From positions 3,286,001 through 3,350,000 of the forward strand of contig NW_027266273.1 of the NCBI RefSeq assembly GCF_022045235.1: 64,000 bases of DNA, given 5' to 3'. A model generated the notes under the pieces. That model was not told where the DNA came from, did no database searches, and saw only the letters and a list, made by a program, of their open reading frames with translations. Origin of the DNA: Haliotis cracherodii. Its lineage: Eukaryota. This document shows positions 26,511 through 38,523 of this stretch, piece after piece. A program made the translations under genes and the position numbers. The stretch's first letter is position 1; each line of letters begins with the position of its first letter.

Positions 26511-27238
26511 CACAAGATCTTTATCAGCTATTAGCTCAATTTGATCTGGTTTGCAGAGCGTTGTGTTTGAAAACAGTTTCTGTTTGACAACGGTATTGGC
26601 ACAAAAGTCTTTGTAAACTCCATCACATAAATCCTCAGTTCAACATCCACTTTGTGATGGAAGCATACAATATTTGAGCACACGTTGGACATATGGTCAT
26701 GGAGCGCTGTCATCAATTGCCTTTGAAATGGCAATATAGATTACAATTAAATGACTATACAAGATAAGAATCTCCATCGCCTCAAGGCTTACTTATAGAT
26801 AAGCTGATATCTTTTTGAGAATACTTTCCTCACTAAATAAGTTTAAAGATTCTGACGCAATGATCTGAACAGTATGGAACAATTTAGACAAACAATTCTG
26901 GAAATTCTTCATGAATAAAAGCATGGTTAAAGCTCGGAAATTAGTGTTCCGGGACAACGTCGTCCTATACAAAATCCGTTCTTTTCCATAGAACTTCTTG
27001 TAGCATTCAGGAAGTGTGTGTTTTTGGGAGGACGGCATTACGATCTTCAAATGATATTCTCAACATTAACGTACTGAGTATTAGTAAATGCAGAGAACTA
27101 AAGTCATGACACATTCACGAGAGGATTTTTCAACAGAAGTTTTACTTTGATACGTTATGGTTAGTTATACGAAAAGACTTTCCGTGTAACTATAAAACTT
27201 AATATGTATACGAAGGATCATAAAATACACGGTTAAGA

Positions 27239-27404
27239 GTGAGTGAGTGAGTGTGGTTTTACGCCGCTTTTAGCAATATTCCAGTCATATCACTGCGGGG
27301 GATATGAGAAATGGGCTTCACCCATTGTACCCATGTGGGGAATAGAACCCGGATCTTCAGCGTGACGAGCGAACGCTTCAACAACTAGGCTACCTCCTCG
27401 CCCC
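27239..27404 (-). mobile_element. SINE family A
   Basis: 12-bp TSD acacggttaaga (27227-27238 / 27405-27416). Confidence 0.93.
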
Positions 27405-30059
27405 ACACGGTTAAGAAGTGAATGAGTTGATATTAATTACTCAAAGCCGCATCAGCAGTTTTGCAGCTGTCTGTGTCGAGACAGTGAGAAGAGTAACAAA
27501 GGTGAGTAAAAATGAAATATTATTATTTCTTGAACTTTTAATACAGTAGTAATTAAATAGTTTAAAAGATTATATTTGTTACCTTAGAATAATTTTGAAT
27601 AGATGCAACAATTATTTTCTCACATATATGCAGAAAGATAATTCATAAGGATAATTAATTTAATTGGTCACAACATGCCTCGCAAAATGTCTGAGAACAT
27701 ATCAACATTTAATAACAATAGAGTATGCCAACACTGGGGACCCCCTGTTGTACACGTACGATGTAAGAGACCCACACATTTCTGGCAAACACGTTACACA
27801 AGAGATGAAAGCTTAATTCATATGGCACATGCTAACATGGGGATCTTTCACTAAAACTGCCCATGAGAGTTTTATTACTTCGAGTAATTATAACGAATGC
27901 AGGATAAAGAACGTGGCTAGTTTCAGGTACCCGACGATTTTTAAACATGTCCGTTGTAAAGGCTTATGCTGTGTATATGGAGGGTTAAATAATTACTTTA
28001 AAGGACGTCATCTCCTCGTGCACTTTCAGAAGCATAGGGTAGATGGTAGCCTGAGAACCGCTGTTTATAAGAGATTTTTTTAATTGTTTATTTTTTTAAA
28101 AAATCTAGTCTGTTCGTTATCTCTAATTCGCATGTCACAAGAAACTAAAGTTGTCCCAACTTTTCCATTTGATTTCATTCATATTCAAAAAGACGAATGT
28201 CCATCCATGGAGGAGGATGTTCCTTAATTAGAGGCTGTTACCACTTTAATCGTGTTTCAGTTATATCACGGCGTGTCAGCTTTATGTGGGAGGAAAGGGA
28301 AGCAGATCAGAGACGTTTACCACTTTGGTCCACTCAATAAAATCTAATATTAAACATCAACGCCAGAGAATAACCAGTCTCGATTATCCTACGAAACAGC
28401 TTTCATTAGGGGTAAAAGGCAGACTACCTGTGAAACTTATATGAATGGATTGCTGAACACAGTAATGACACACAGGTAGGGTGGTGACAGACAAATTCAT
28501 TTTAAAATTAATTAAAAAAATTCAATCACACATTTCTCGGATTCTGAAACACAGTTAAGGGAGGTAATTCTGCCCTGCCCACCAAACCAAGAACCATGCT
28601 CAGATTGGAACCTACTACCAGCAAATCCTGGCAGCTACTGAACACAACTCTTAGACCACGGGTCAGAAACGTGCTCCATTGTGTTCCACCTCCCATCATA
28701 GAAGTTGCGGAGCACTGTGAATTTGGATTTTAGTGATGAATAGAACCCGCCACAAAGGACAACCAATCATTCATTGCTTAAAGATATCCAAATTATCTAA
28801 CTGCAGCGTTTCAGATTGCCAGTGTCCCCATTCAGAGCATTGTGAATCTCCATTTCTGAGCCATTTGGGCCCAATAGCCCTATATCTCTGAGACATGGCA
28901 CATCCTTTTCATAAGGAACCTTTCACGTGGGTATTCAAAGTTTGCAATAAATCTGAATTAGTTTACAATATCGGGTTTCTGGTCGCATGTGTCTCATCAG
29001 ATCATAACAACCTGATTATCAGCTTGTCCAAAGAGAAAGGAACAATCAGTTTGAAATGCCAAACAAATACAAATGACAAAAGATTCCCAGTTGATATGTC
29101 TCTAATATTATATACCTAAGTGGGAATTTAATCTAATGCTAGCAAAACGACAAAAAGGTATACATTTTTAGAATCTGACAGTGAAATTTTGTTTCTCATG
29201 TGAGCCTCAAACTTCATTACGAAATAGTGAACACAAATTCATCTTAACATTAAGAGAAACACAAAACATTCTTTTTTAATAATCAGTTTCTTGACACCTT
29301 ATATTCCTTCACCTTCTCAAGACACGACACATAAACATAACAGTACAGATCGATGTTAGTTACCTAAACTACGATACGTCCCTAACATATGAAAAGCGCA
29401 ATAATCAAATCATATATATCCTCATGAGATATAATCCATTGTAAGACCAAAGTTACATTGTAATCTGTTGTCATAGCAACCAGATGTAACACGAGCTGCT
29501 TCCTTTAGACCAATTAACGTTTATGAAACAACGCCGTCCTAACCGACAATAATGCTCTGTTTTTTTAATTTATATGTATAAGGACTATATTCTGTTCTTA
29601 CGCAACGAGAGAAAGCTCATAAAAAAACACCACAGTATGAAGGCAAAAACAAGTCAATGTGATCATGCTTTGTATCATCAGTCCTGGAGACAATACATGA
29701 TAATCAATCTCTGGCAGATCCAATTTACGTAAAATAAAAAATTGAACAAGTGGTTGAAGCCTAAACATTTAAACTCAATTTTAAGCTTTTAAATATCATA
29801 GATTCACTATTTGGCAAGCATGTTTATTACAACAAAGTGAAAGATGGATGTTTTATGAACATTTGGTTCGATGAAGTTTGTCTGCATTATGATTATACTT
29901 CTAAACATGAAGCATGGTCGAGGAGTCTTTGTGCGAACGCTCTTAAATGCCATTAAATTTTAAAATAATTTACTTCAAAGAGTAAACAGAGTGAGTTATG
30001 ATCAGCTTAACTCCCCTTAGATTAAGGTGGTGTGGTAGGAAGAGGGAGGATGTTGTCAT

Positions 30060-30530
30060 TAAGTGGGGAATGTGCCATCATTAACAGCCTCATCTTCTGT
30101 CGCTCTCTGAAATTGATTTTTGTTAAAAAATGTTTCAGACTTGCAACAAATCGATATTCTTTGACCTCCATTTATCAAAACGTGCGATGGTGATACATTT
30201 GCAAGTCAGATTGAAAATTTGGAAATAAGAACGTGGCTTGTGCTTGGCGTATGAATTCAAATTCTTATACGATGATATTATTGTTTAACATTTAGTGCCA
30301 GGGAAATGATTTAGTTTGTAAAGAGCCCTCGTGGGCTTTGAAATCCTTTTGAATCAAGCTTTTGAAGGAGTATTTCATTTAGCATTCATACGAACGTTCG
30401 TAAGAAGGACTGGGTAAAATTGATCCAAAATTATATTATTGGAATGAGGTTGGAAGATAACATTTGCTTCCTGTTGAACATTTTGTTCCTTTTTCCAAAA
30501 TTATGATTCCTCATAACTGTTAGACAACAG
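30060..30530 (-). mobile_element. Possible decayed L2/CR1-group LINE 3' end
   Basis: Minus-strand remnants resemble the SF.P...WN.L / S...FK..L end of ORF2; very degenerate. Confidence 0.3.
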
Positions 30531-31379
30531 TATGTATGATATTGGAAAATCGATAATTATCAACATTAAAGGCGACATCCAGTCACAAGAGCTTAACACA
30601 AAAGACGGGACACCAGCAAATTTATGTATCCATGCTCAAGGATTTGACCTCACGGCGAATCACGTCTCAGTCAAGGGAGGTAATTCCTTTTAAGAATCGT
30701 CCAGTACATTTAAATTCTGTCAGATCAATGTGGGGGACAAGACAAGTTTCAGATATATAGTTGAGATATATTGTAAAGTTGTATAAACTGAATACGTATG
30801 TCGAAACATATACGTACATCGGTATAACATTAGCTTGAACCTATGTACAAATAATTTCAGAAGACCGACAAAAACTGTCGGGAGGACCGACAGAAGTCTG
30901 ACGGAGGACTCTAGCAAATGTTGTCCGTTTCAGGGAATCAAGGTACAATCTATATCCGACTTCGCAGAGTATTCGCACCGAAGCGACAAGGTTCACCACA
31001 ACACTCATTTCTAAATCTATCACAGGTTTATTAATATGCATTTAAATCCATAGCAGTGCGTCGAAAACGGCCGTACAACTAAAGACAAACGCCAGATACT
31101 TGCAAATATCTTCCAGCTTTTGACAGCTGATCATACTTGGTTTGCATTGCAATCAATCAAAATGGCCCTTGACCTGTCTCCCCGCCAGTTAGTATAATCA
31201 AGATGTTGTCTTTGTCGTCACAGGGTCATAAATCATAACGAGAGACAACATACATTATCCTCGAGTCAAACAGGGATGCTAACATGATGCTAATATCACA
31301 GTCTGTCAACAGCATATCTGCAAATTAAAACCTGCAGAAGATTAAATGAAATCTACTTTGGCAGTTTACAACCAGAACT

Positions 31380-31635
31380 GAGTGAGTGAGTTTGGTTTAA
31401 GGCCGCTTTCAACAGTATTCGAGTCACACCAATGCGTGTCAGCTTATTGTAGGAGGAAATCCCGTGAAGTGATTAGATCTTAAACGTTTACCACTTTGTT
31501 GAAACCCACGAGCACGGGTATGATGCTTACAAACATCATAATCAGGATTCGAACCGCCGATCCTAAGTTTCTGGTACGTCCAAGGGATACAACTCTGCAC
31601 AGCGACTTGCGTTGCTTTATACGACTGGTCTCTCT
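31380..31635 (-). mobile_element. SINE family D
   Basis: Reverse complement of 38251-38523, diverged. Confidence 0.8.
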
Positions 31636-31698
31636 GAGAAAATACATACTGCAGAGCTGTTTCTAGAATATTTACACTTTCAATTATTCATCACTTAC

Positions 31699-31727
31699 AG
31701 GTGTAGGCAATCTGCTCGTTCCATCAT
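31699..31727 (-). CDS. Candidate alternative first coding exon: MMERADCLH(L)
   Basis: ataATG ATG G..., 9 codons + CT|gtaagt, phase 2. Confidence 0.33.
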
Positions 31728-33041
31728 TATACTTGGCAAAATGGACGAAATGTTGCCTTTCAAACATGTTTGGATCAAGAGGAGCCATCATAAAATAGAA
31801 CTCATTGGCGGTTAGGTAATGACATTTTGATACTATTATATTTTATGTTTTCTCAATGCAGTGTTCAACTACAGACTATCTTCAGGCTGTGTAGAACGCA
31901 TAACATAAAATATTTCCCCATATATTTTTTCTGTCAGAATGAGGCTAAATATACGTTACAATTCAGAAACGTGTTATATTCATCATCTTAGATTAAAAGT
32001 AGATTCTATTTCAACTTATGACGTAAAAAGCAAATTATGCAGCTTGTTTCTTCTGATGAAAGAATTCGCGAACTAAGTTACGATAAAAATAATGTCGAAG
32101 TCTTTTCCTTGACGTCCGTGACTACTTGAGAGGAAATAAGGTAAGACAGAGGTTAATTATCCAATGTTTATGTCCGAATGCATGCATGCTCCTTGTTTAC
32201 AACCGCAGGTGTCAGCACACTGCAGTAGATAACTTCACACACACACGCACGCTGTAGGGAGTAGGTGACCCCTTTTCTCAACTCGCTACACATGTCCAAC
32301 ACGTGCTGAATGTCAACAGAATAAAACCATCCATTCATGCTTCGTGGATTGACAGACTTCCGGGTTTGCAAAAATCGCCCAGAAAAAGGCCAAAACCTTG
32401 CAGAGCCAAAATGTGATGATAAATAACATCATGGTATAGCCAGAGATATCAGAACCTGACTTGGGTTTACAAGAATGGTTGAACCATCTACAATAACAAC
32501 ACCAATCTGATCATCAAGTTATGGACCTTAAAATTTTTAAATTATATGAATACGTAACAAAAGCTTCTTTGTCATCAACAACACATAGCGATGTATTTCA
32601 TGTTTCAGTATAGTAAAATATTCTCGACCACGCCCGGTAATAAACTACTTTCTGAAGCCTGATTATGAAACAGACCATTGGTGTTTAAAGATAATTAATT
32701 CAAAGGTTGCTGTGGAGCTTACTACTTTTACAAATCATAAAGCTTTGTCGAGAGTGGAGTGCTTCTCAGTACAAACGTACGAATGTACAGCATTTATATA
32801 CCAAGCTTCTTTGATCGTTCGACTCCGGGAGTGGCCCAGATGCCTAATGGTGAAGTGTGTGATGATTTAGAACATTTTTATGCCCGGGATTCCATCGCGC
32901 CGTGGGCAGCTCGTGACCCTGATGTTGTTTTCCAGCATTATCGGGGCTTTTCGTCTCGATGTAATATAATTCTCGCTTAAAACCAATTTTGAGGTAAACC
33001 GAGACATGAAAGTGAACCTTCCTAATATGTATTTAACATAC

Positions 33042-33067
33042 TCTATGGTATTCCCTTTTTCCGACAT
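33042..33067 (-). CDS. Candidate alternative first coding exon: MSEKGNTI(E)
   Basis: actATG with an in-frame stop upstream, 8 codons + GA|gtatgt, phase 2. Confidence 0.3.
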
Positions 33068-34263
33068 AGTTCATACATCTATGCTTGTTATGAAACATAA
33101 CATCATCGAAATCATTTTCATTTAAAAGGATGTAAAAGTGGCCATCTTACTTTTACGTTCCTCTTCAGAACAAATTCTGTTTAAAGATTCCTTTGATTTC
33201 ATTATCAAAATCTGGTTTGTAGCATGATGCAATGTCTTGACAATTTACGATGAAAACATAACATGGTATCCATTCTGTCAAAGTATTATCGGGGAATCGA
33301 TAAGGGCGTGGCTTAAGGCTACATCTCAATTGGGAATTCTTCACGACTGTTATACAAATACCCAAGAGCTAGAAATTGAGATGGGATACGACTTAGAAAT
33401 GTGATTTTGCACCGTGGAGAATTTCGCCAGTCTCAACAACTGACCCACCTGCTCGAAACAATCAGAGAGCAGATGAAGATTCTGACTGCTGAGGTAAACG
33501 ATGGCTTGACCGTTGGCATTGGCGTTATCGGACGGGAACTGACCGTTTTACTGTTCAGCGAAACTGACGTTAAGTATGGAGCCCTTTCAAGATAAGCAGC
33601 CATTATTGAAAGTAGTTCCTGCTCATCAGAAACATACAAATCAAACGAAAAACTCTTTCTCTTCCTCTCGTGCAACACATGCATTACAAATCTCCATCCT
33701 GTGGCTTTCATCTCCCATGAATTGATCTTTTCCTCTAAAACTGGCCAATTGGAGCCAGATTTAAGAAAAATCGCTACACAGCGACACCAAACCCTAAATT
33801 ATCTTCAAGTGAAAACTTGCCCGGTCTATGTTTATCTCGTCCAGGGGATCGGTCACGTGGTCATTGCACACATCTGTACCTGTGATATTGTTGTAAATAA
33901 TGACAGCCTGCATTATTATAACGATGATGGTAACAAGGATGCCTGCATGGTTTAGATGAGGCTGAAGAGGGACCAATGGCCATGTTTCCGTTTAAAAATG
34001 AAGCAAAACACCTGGCACCAAACAAGTGCTTCTTGTTATTTTGATAAAAAAGCAACATCTCACAGCATATCTGACAGTACCATTAATAACATACAGGTAA
34101 ACGGAAGCTGTTTTAGAGAATGGTGTAAATAGGTTTGACATAGTGTATATGAGATGACCGTAATTGACACCAGTGACCGACGGACGGTATCGGGAATAAA
34201 AGCGCGGGCGTTTCAACCAGCCAATAGGGACAGGCCTTTAAGGTGACAAGACTCGGTACTCAC

Positions 34264-34445
34264 GGCGAGGGACCCCCTCCACTGTCATGTGCCGACGGCG
34301 TTGACGAGTGTGACGTCAAATGAATTGTATGCTCCAAACGTTCCCCAATCTCAGACCCTCTCCGTAGACTAGCCCTTGACGATGGCGCTGCTCCAGTTGC
34401 CGATGATGCTGCTATTTCGCCAAAAAATCTGACCATGGACGGCAT
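34264..34445 (-). CDS. Candidate alternative first coding exon: MPSMVRFFGEIAASSATGAAPSSRASLRRGSEIGERLEHTIHLTSHSSTPSAHDSGGGPS(P)
   Basis: Perfect gccaccATG context, 60 codons + CC|gtgagt, phase 2. The ORF-track stop is the TGA inside the donor. GC-rich. Confidence 0.68.
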
Positions 34446-34960
34446 GGTGGCTCCGTTGTGACAACCTTAGTATGGTCGAGGTGGGTCGAGCGCCCGCCCG
34501 CCCTCCTACTGGGCATCCGTCCCAAGCCTCACACCCGACTCAACCACGGTTCTAAAATAACTACTTGGACCAAAGCACAGATAGAGCGAGTGAACACTGC
34601 AGAGTAAAAATACAGTGGCTGAAAGCCTAACCGCTGGTCCACGGATCGAGGTCGCCCGATTCAAGTTCCATTCTCACTCCCAGCGTAGTCACCGTATTGT
34701 TTGTCGCTCCCTTGTCTCATAGTCATCTTAAGGAACCCTCTTTCCACCTGAAGCAACGGTAGCCTCTCCGTATATCCCCATCTTGCAGATTCCCATAGTG
34801 GCGCTGTATGGGAACCAGGATGCTGCTTACAGTGCAAGTACTATCCACAGACACGGCTACAGGGAGGGAGTGAGAGAGATGGGGAGAGAGTAACACGGGC
34901 AGGCCTCAAGCCACAGAGTTAAGGGAGGGAGAGAGGAGGAGGTGTTTATTGAATGTATCA
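34446..34960 (-). promoter_or_regulatory. Putative 5'UTR/promoter of the 34264-34445 exon
   Basis: CpG-rich, GGGCGG GC-boxes near 34490-34503, CT-rich tracts on the minus strand at 34860-34945; repeat-free. Confidence 0.42.
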
Positions 34961-36192
34961 TCAGAGTCAGAGAAAGGGTTAACATTTCGTTCGGCTTTCA
35001 CAACCTCGTGACAGTCAGAAAGATGGACGCACGTGCAGGCATTTAGCTCGAGACTCGCACACAGCACGTGATAGGACAGACAGTGATTGAAGCCCGAGGT
35101 CGATATTTTGTCACCAGAGACAGTCTGTCGGCTCAGTGCAGGAGCAATGCAAGTGTGGCCGTGCCATGCTTTCCTGAACGGGTTATTTCTGCCTTTGGTT
35201 GCATAATGCAAAGAACATTTTCCTGTCATGTCGATCTCTTAAATGATATGAATCGTGGTGTGGTGTAGTCCATGTGTCAATGAGGAATTGATAGGTGTCA
35301 GACACCTGTTTGATGTCATTTGAACAGCTCTCACACCACGCAATAATTATTACGAATAAGCATTCACACAAAGTGCATTGGCACCACATCTATATGTACC
35401 ATTGCTGTAAGACCGAAAATTGGAATCACGCAAACAGGATGGACATAGAATCACTTGCTTTTGTGGAGTTCAAAAGCTCCATAAAGCAGGAAGAAATCAT
35501 ACAACATAATGTATATTTGATAATATACATCACGGAATAGATATGCAATCACATTCAGCAGAAAGTAGCTATGACATATTCGTTATTCCACGCATGCGCA
35601 CATGCTGAACTGGAACTCGCTGTCTCCTCGTTGCATGTTATTAGTGAACCCTGGTCTTGCATCAGCACGGGCTTTCAAATTTAAGCTCAAATTAAAAAGA
35701 TTCATTCTCTAGGGGGTTGGATTTTTTTTCGCCATTACTCTCCGCGATGATTCATGCAAAAACCCGTTTGGAGTTAATGAGGTTATTTCAACGCAAATAT
35801 TAACCCTTTAACCCAAACCTCCTTGCACTCAGTATTTACTAAAATATCACCATCGCCACAGTGCCGTCGTCAGCGGTGTTACTTTGAATCAGCATTGTTT
35901 GATTGATGGCAAAAGATACCAAGGTGGCCTTGGTAACGTCAGAGAAGTGTGCCGATGCGTTATGAACTCGACAAGGAAATTATTGTTAATTAGTGCAAAT
36001 ACTTTAAGCATCATAAAGATACTAGTACACTTGATCGTTGTCTCGCCCGTAAAGCTAACGTTTTATCTTAGTCAGGAATAACTATGGAACATTATTATCT
36101 ATAATAATTATCAATAATTACAAATATGAAATAATAATCCACCTACACATGCCTAGACTAGACATAACAGGCAGACCAAATCAAATAAAATA

Positions 36193-36367
36193 CAGCAGAC
36201 TACGGTTATAACGAACTCGAGAGGACCACTAATTTTAGTTCGTAATAACCGTAGTTCGTTATAAGCATACATACAGCATACATACAATAAATGGTCGGGA
36301 CTAAAAAGTAAGTTCGTTATATCCGTCAGTTCGTTATATGCGTGTTCGTTATAAACGTAGTTTACTG
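36193..36367. mobile_element. Tc1/mariner-pogo-type MITE
   Basis: TIRs cagcagactacggttataacgaac / gttcgttataaacgtagtttactg flanked by TA dinucleotides; internal gttcgttata repeats. Confidence 0.88.
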
Positions 36368-36541
36368 TAATATATAGGTATTCTGTCAACGAATCAATGT
36401 GCTTTCAAATTGCATAAGCCCTTCCTGGGAAGTACACACCTCGACTGTTTGGCTTTACAAATATTGTCATTCACATCCTACCGGGTACCCATTATGTTGG
36501 TGGGATAGGATTAACTTGTATAAGAGCCCTTTATCTACATT

Positions 36542-36723
36542 CAGTGAAACTGCGTTTTTTAAGTATCGGGGATCACCGGGCGAATATCGAGTTATCCATA
36601 CTTCGACACAAAACCAAGCGCCGACGTAAGACAGTGAGGATAAAAATTCTTTCTGTACCATGATGCTACATCTTAAGCTATGTCTCGAGTTAAAGGAGTT
36701 CGAGATAATGAAAGTTCACCGTA
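36542..36723. mobile_element. Degenerate related MITE
   Basis: cagtgaaact... / ...aaagttcaccgta ends with internal ttcga motifs. Confidence 0.45.
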
Positions 36724-37157
36724 TTCAGTGTTCGGAGTTGTTACGATGGTTGTCTCGAACCGCCTTCCCAATTCGACATAATGGCAGACAATTGTAATTC
36801 AAGCTATAGAGAATTGTATGTGTTTTTGATCCCTCTGTGTGGGCGTTTGAAGTTATTCCTGCCGAATCGGCGACTGCGTTTTCTTGCAGTAAACTAACTG
36901 CTGAACTGACAGCCGTAACAGTAAAGAATGATTATTAGGTCTTGAACTTGACAAAGAATAATCATAATCTATGTGCAGGTGTTAGCTTACACATCGACGC
37001 ATCAACGGTTCAGAATGAACAATGGATAGACAGCAACGAGAATACAATCTGGAGTTGAGTTACATAAAGACCCAAAAACATGTTAACACTATTTTCTGTT
37101 TCTTTTAAAAGCTTAAGAGTGCTGACTAAGTAAAAATATCTACCCGTTGTTTAACGA

Positions 37158-37365
37158 TTGATTTGCTTTGTCGCCGCTGTCGGTTATATTTTAGCTGAAT
37201 CTCGACAGCATGGAAACATTAGGTCTGGACCAGGCAAACCATTGGTTGAAAAGATGACCTACATTGTACCTCCTACTCCTTTGGGTGAGGTGAAAGGCAT
37301 TCAACCAGGTCACATTTCAGTCTGTTTTAACAACAAGCAAGTGTGACCTATTCTCACCCGGAATC
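37158..37365 (-). mobile_element. Degenerate family C element
   Basis: Remnants gtctggaccag and gacctattctcacccgga. Confidence 0.55.
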
Positions 37366-38250
37366 AATGATGTTAAACGTTATCAAATATTCTTGACAAA
37401 ACGAAAACCAAAGAGGTCTGAATATGTTCAATATGAAATGTATAGGTCAATTATCATTTAAACTTAAACATAAATTTTAAACTTGAAACTTGAGTGCTCC
37501 TTTAACGTATACTTTTTTCCACTTATAAAAACAGGGTCTGTAAGTTTGTCTGTGCGCCTGTGCTGCATCAATAACAAAACAATTATTTTCTCATCACGAT
37601 ATTTAAAACAGCGAGTGCCAATATGTATTTTAAACTCCATATCGCAAATCGAAATCACTGTCAGAAACCTTACGTCTGTTGTGTTATTAATACGAATCAC
37701 TTTCTTAAGAAGGAAGGACAAAAACACTGATCCCATCCATTTGATTGAAGAACAATGAATCTGAAATCGTTTTATCGTGTCTGATTTTTTATCTTAAAGA
37801 TTTCCTGGCGCAATGATTGGCATTTTGAATCACTCGAGCGGACGCAGGCCTGTGGACGTAGATCATATCAATTATAGCAACTGTATTGACGTAGTTATAC
37901 GTTCATCAAGAGAGAAAAAACATTATTTATTTTCCGTTTTCTTGGCGATTGTTTTTGCTATTTCTTTTCAAAGCTAACATCCCGGACAACTCTGCACAGC
38001 GAATAACAGAGTAGGCCACCCATGCCCCATTTACCATGATGAAGATTTCGATGTTTACACTGATAAAGACAATCTCAGTTGATAGTAAGTACTATTTATG
38101 AGCCCCTATTTGATATCACATACATACCTATAAAGTATACATGTTTTACGATGCTAAAGTATGCATGTTTCACGATGCTATATACATATATCACTAGACA
38201 TCTTTACACGTTTATTCCAATATAATGCGTCTTTCCTACATACGAGAGTA

Positions 38251-38523
38251 CGGGTGACCCAGTTGTCTAAGGCGTCGTGATTAGCTGTGCAGAGTTGCGT
38301 CCCTTAGACACGACAGAAACCTATGATTGTGGGTTCGAATCCCGGTTCGCCCCGATTATGTTTCTAGGTTTGTTAGCACCATACCCATGCTCGTGGGTTT
38401 CACTGAAGTGGTAAACATCTGAGACCTGCATCACTTCGGGCTCTCCTCCAACATTAAGCTGACACGCCGTGATATAACTGGAATACTGTTAATAACGACG
38501 TTAAACCCAACTCACTCACTCAC
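38251..38523 (+). mobile_element. Full-length SINE family D (tRNA-Leu-like head with long A-B box spacing, (ACTC)n tail)
   Basis: gtctaaggcg...gtgggttcgaatccc head; further decayed copies near 28240, 39600, 52790, 55790, 61240 and 62262. Confidence 0.85.
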
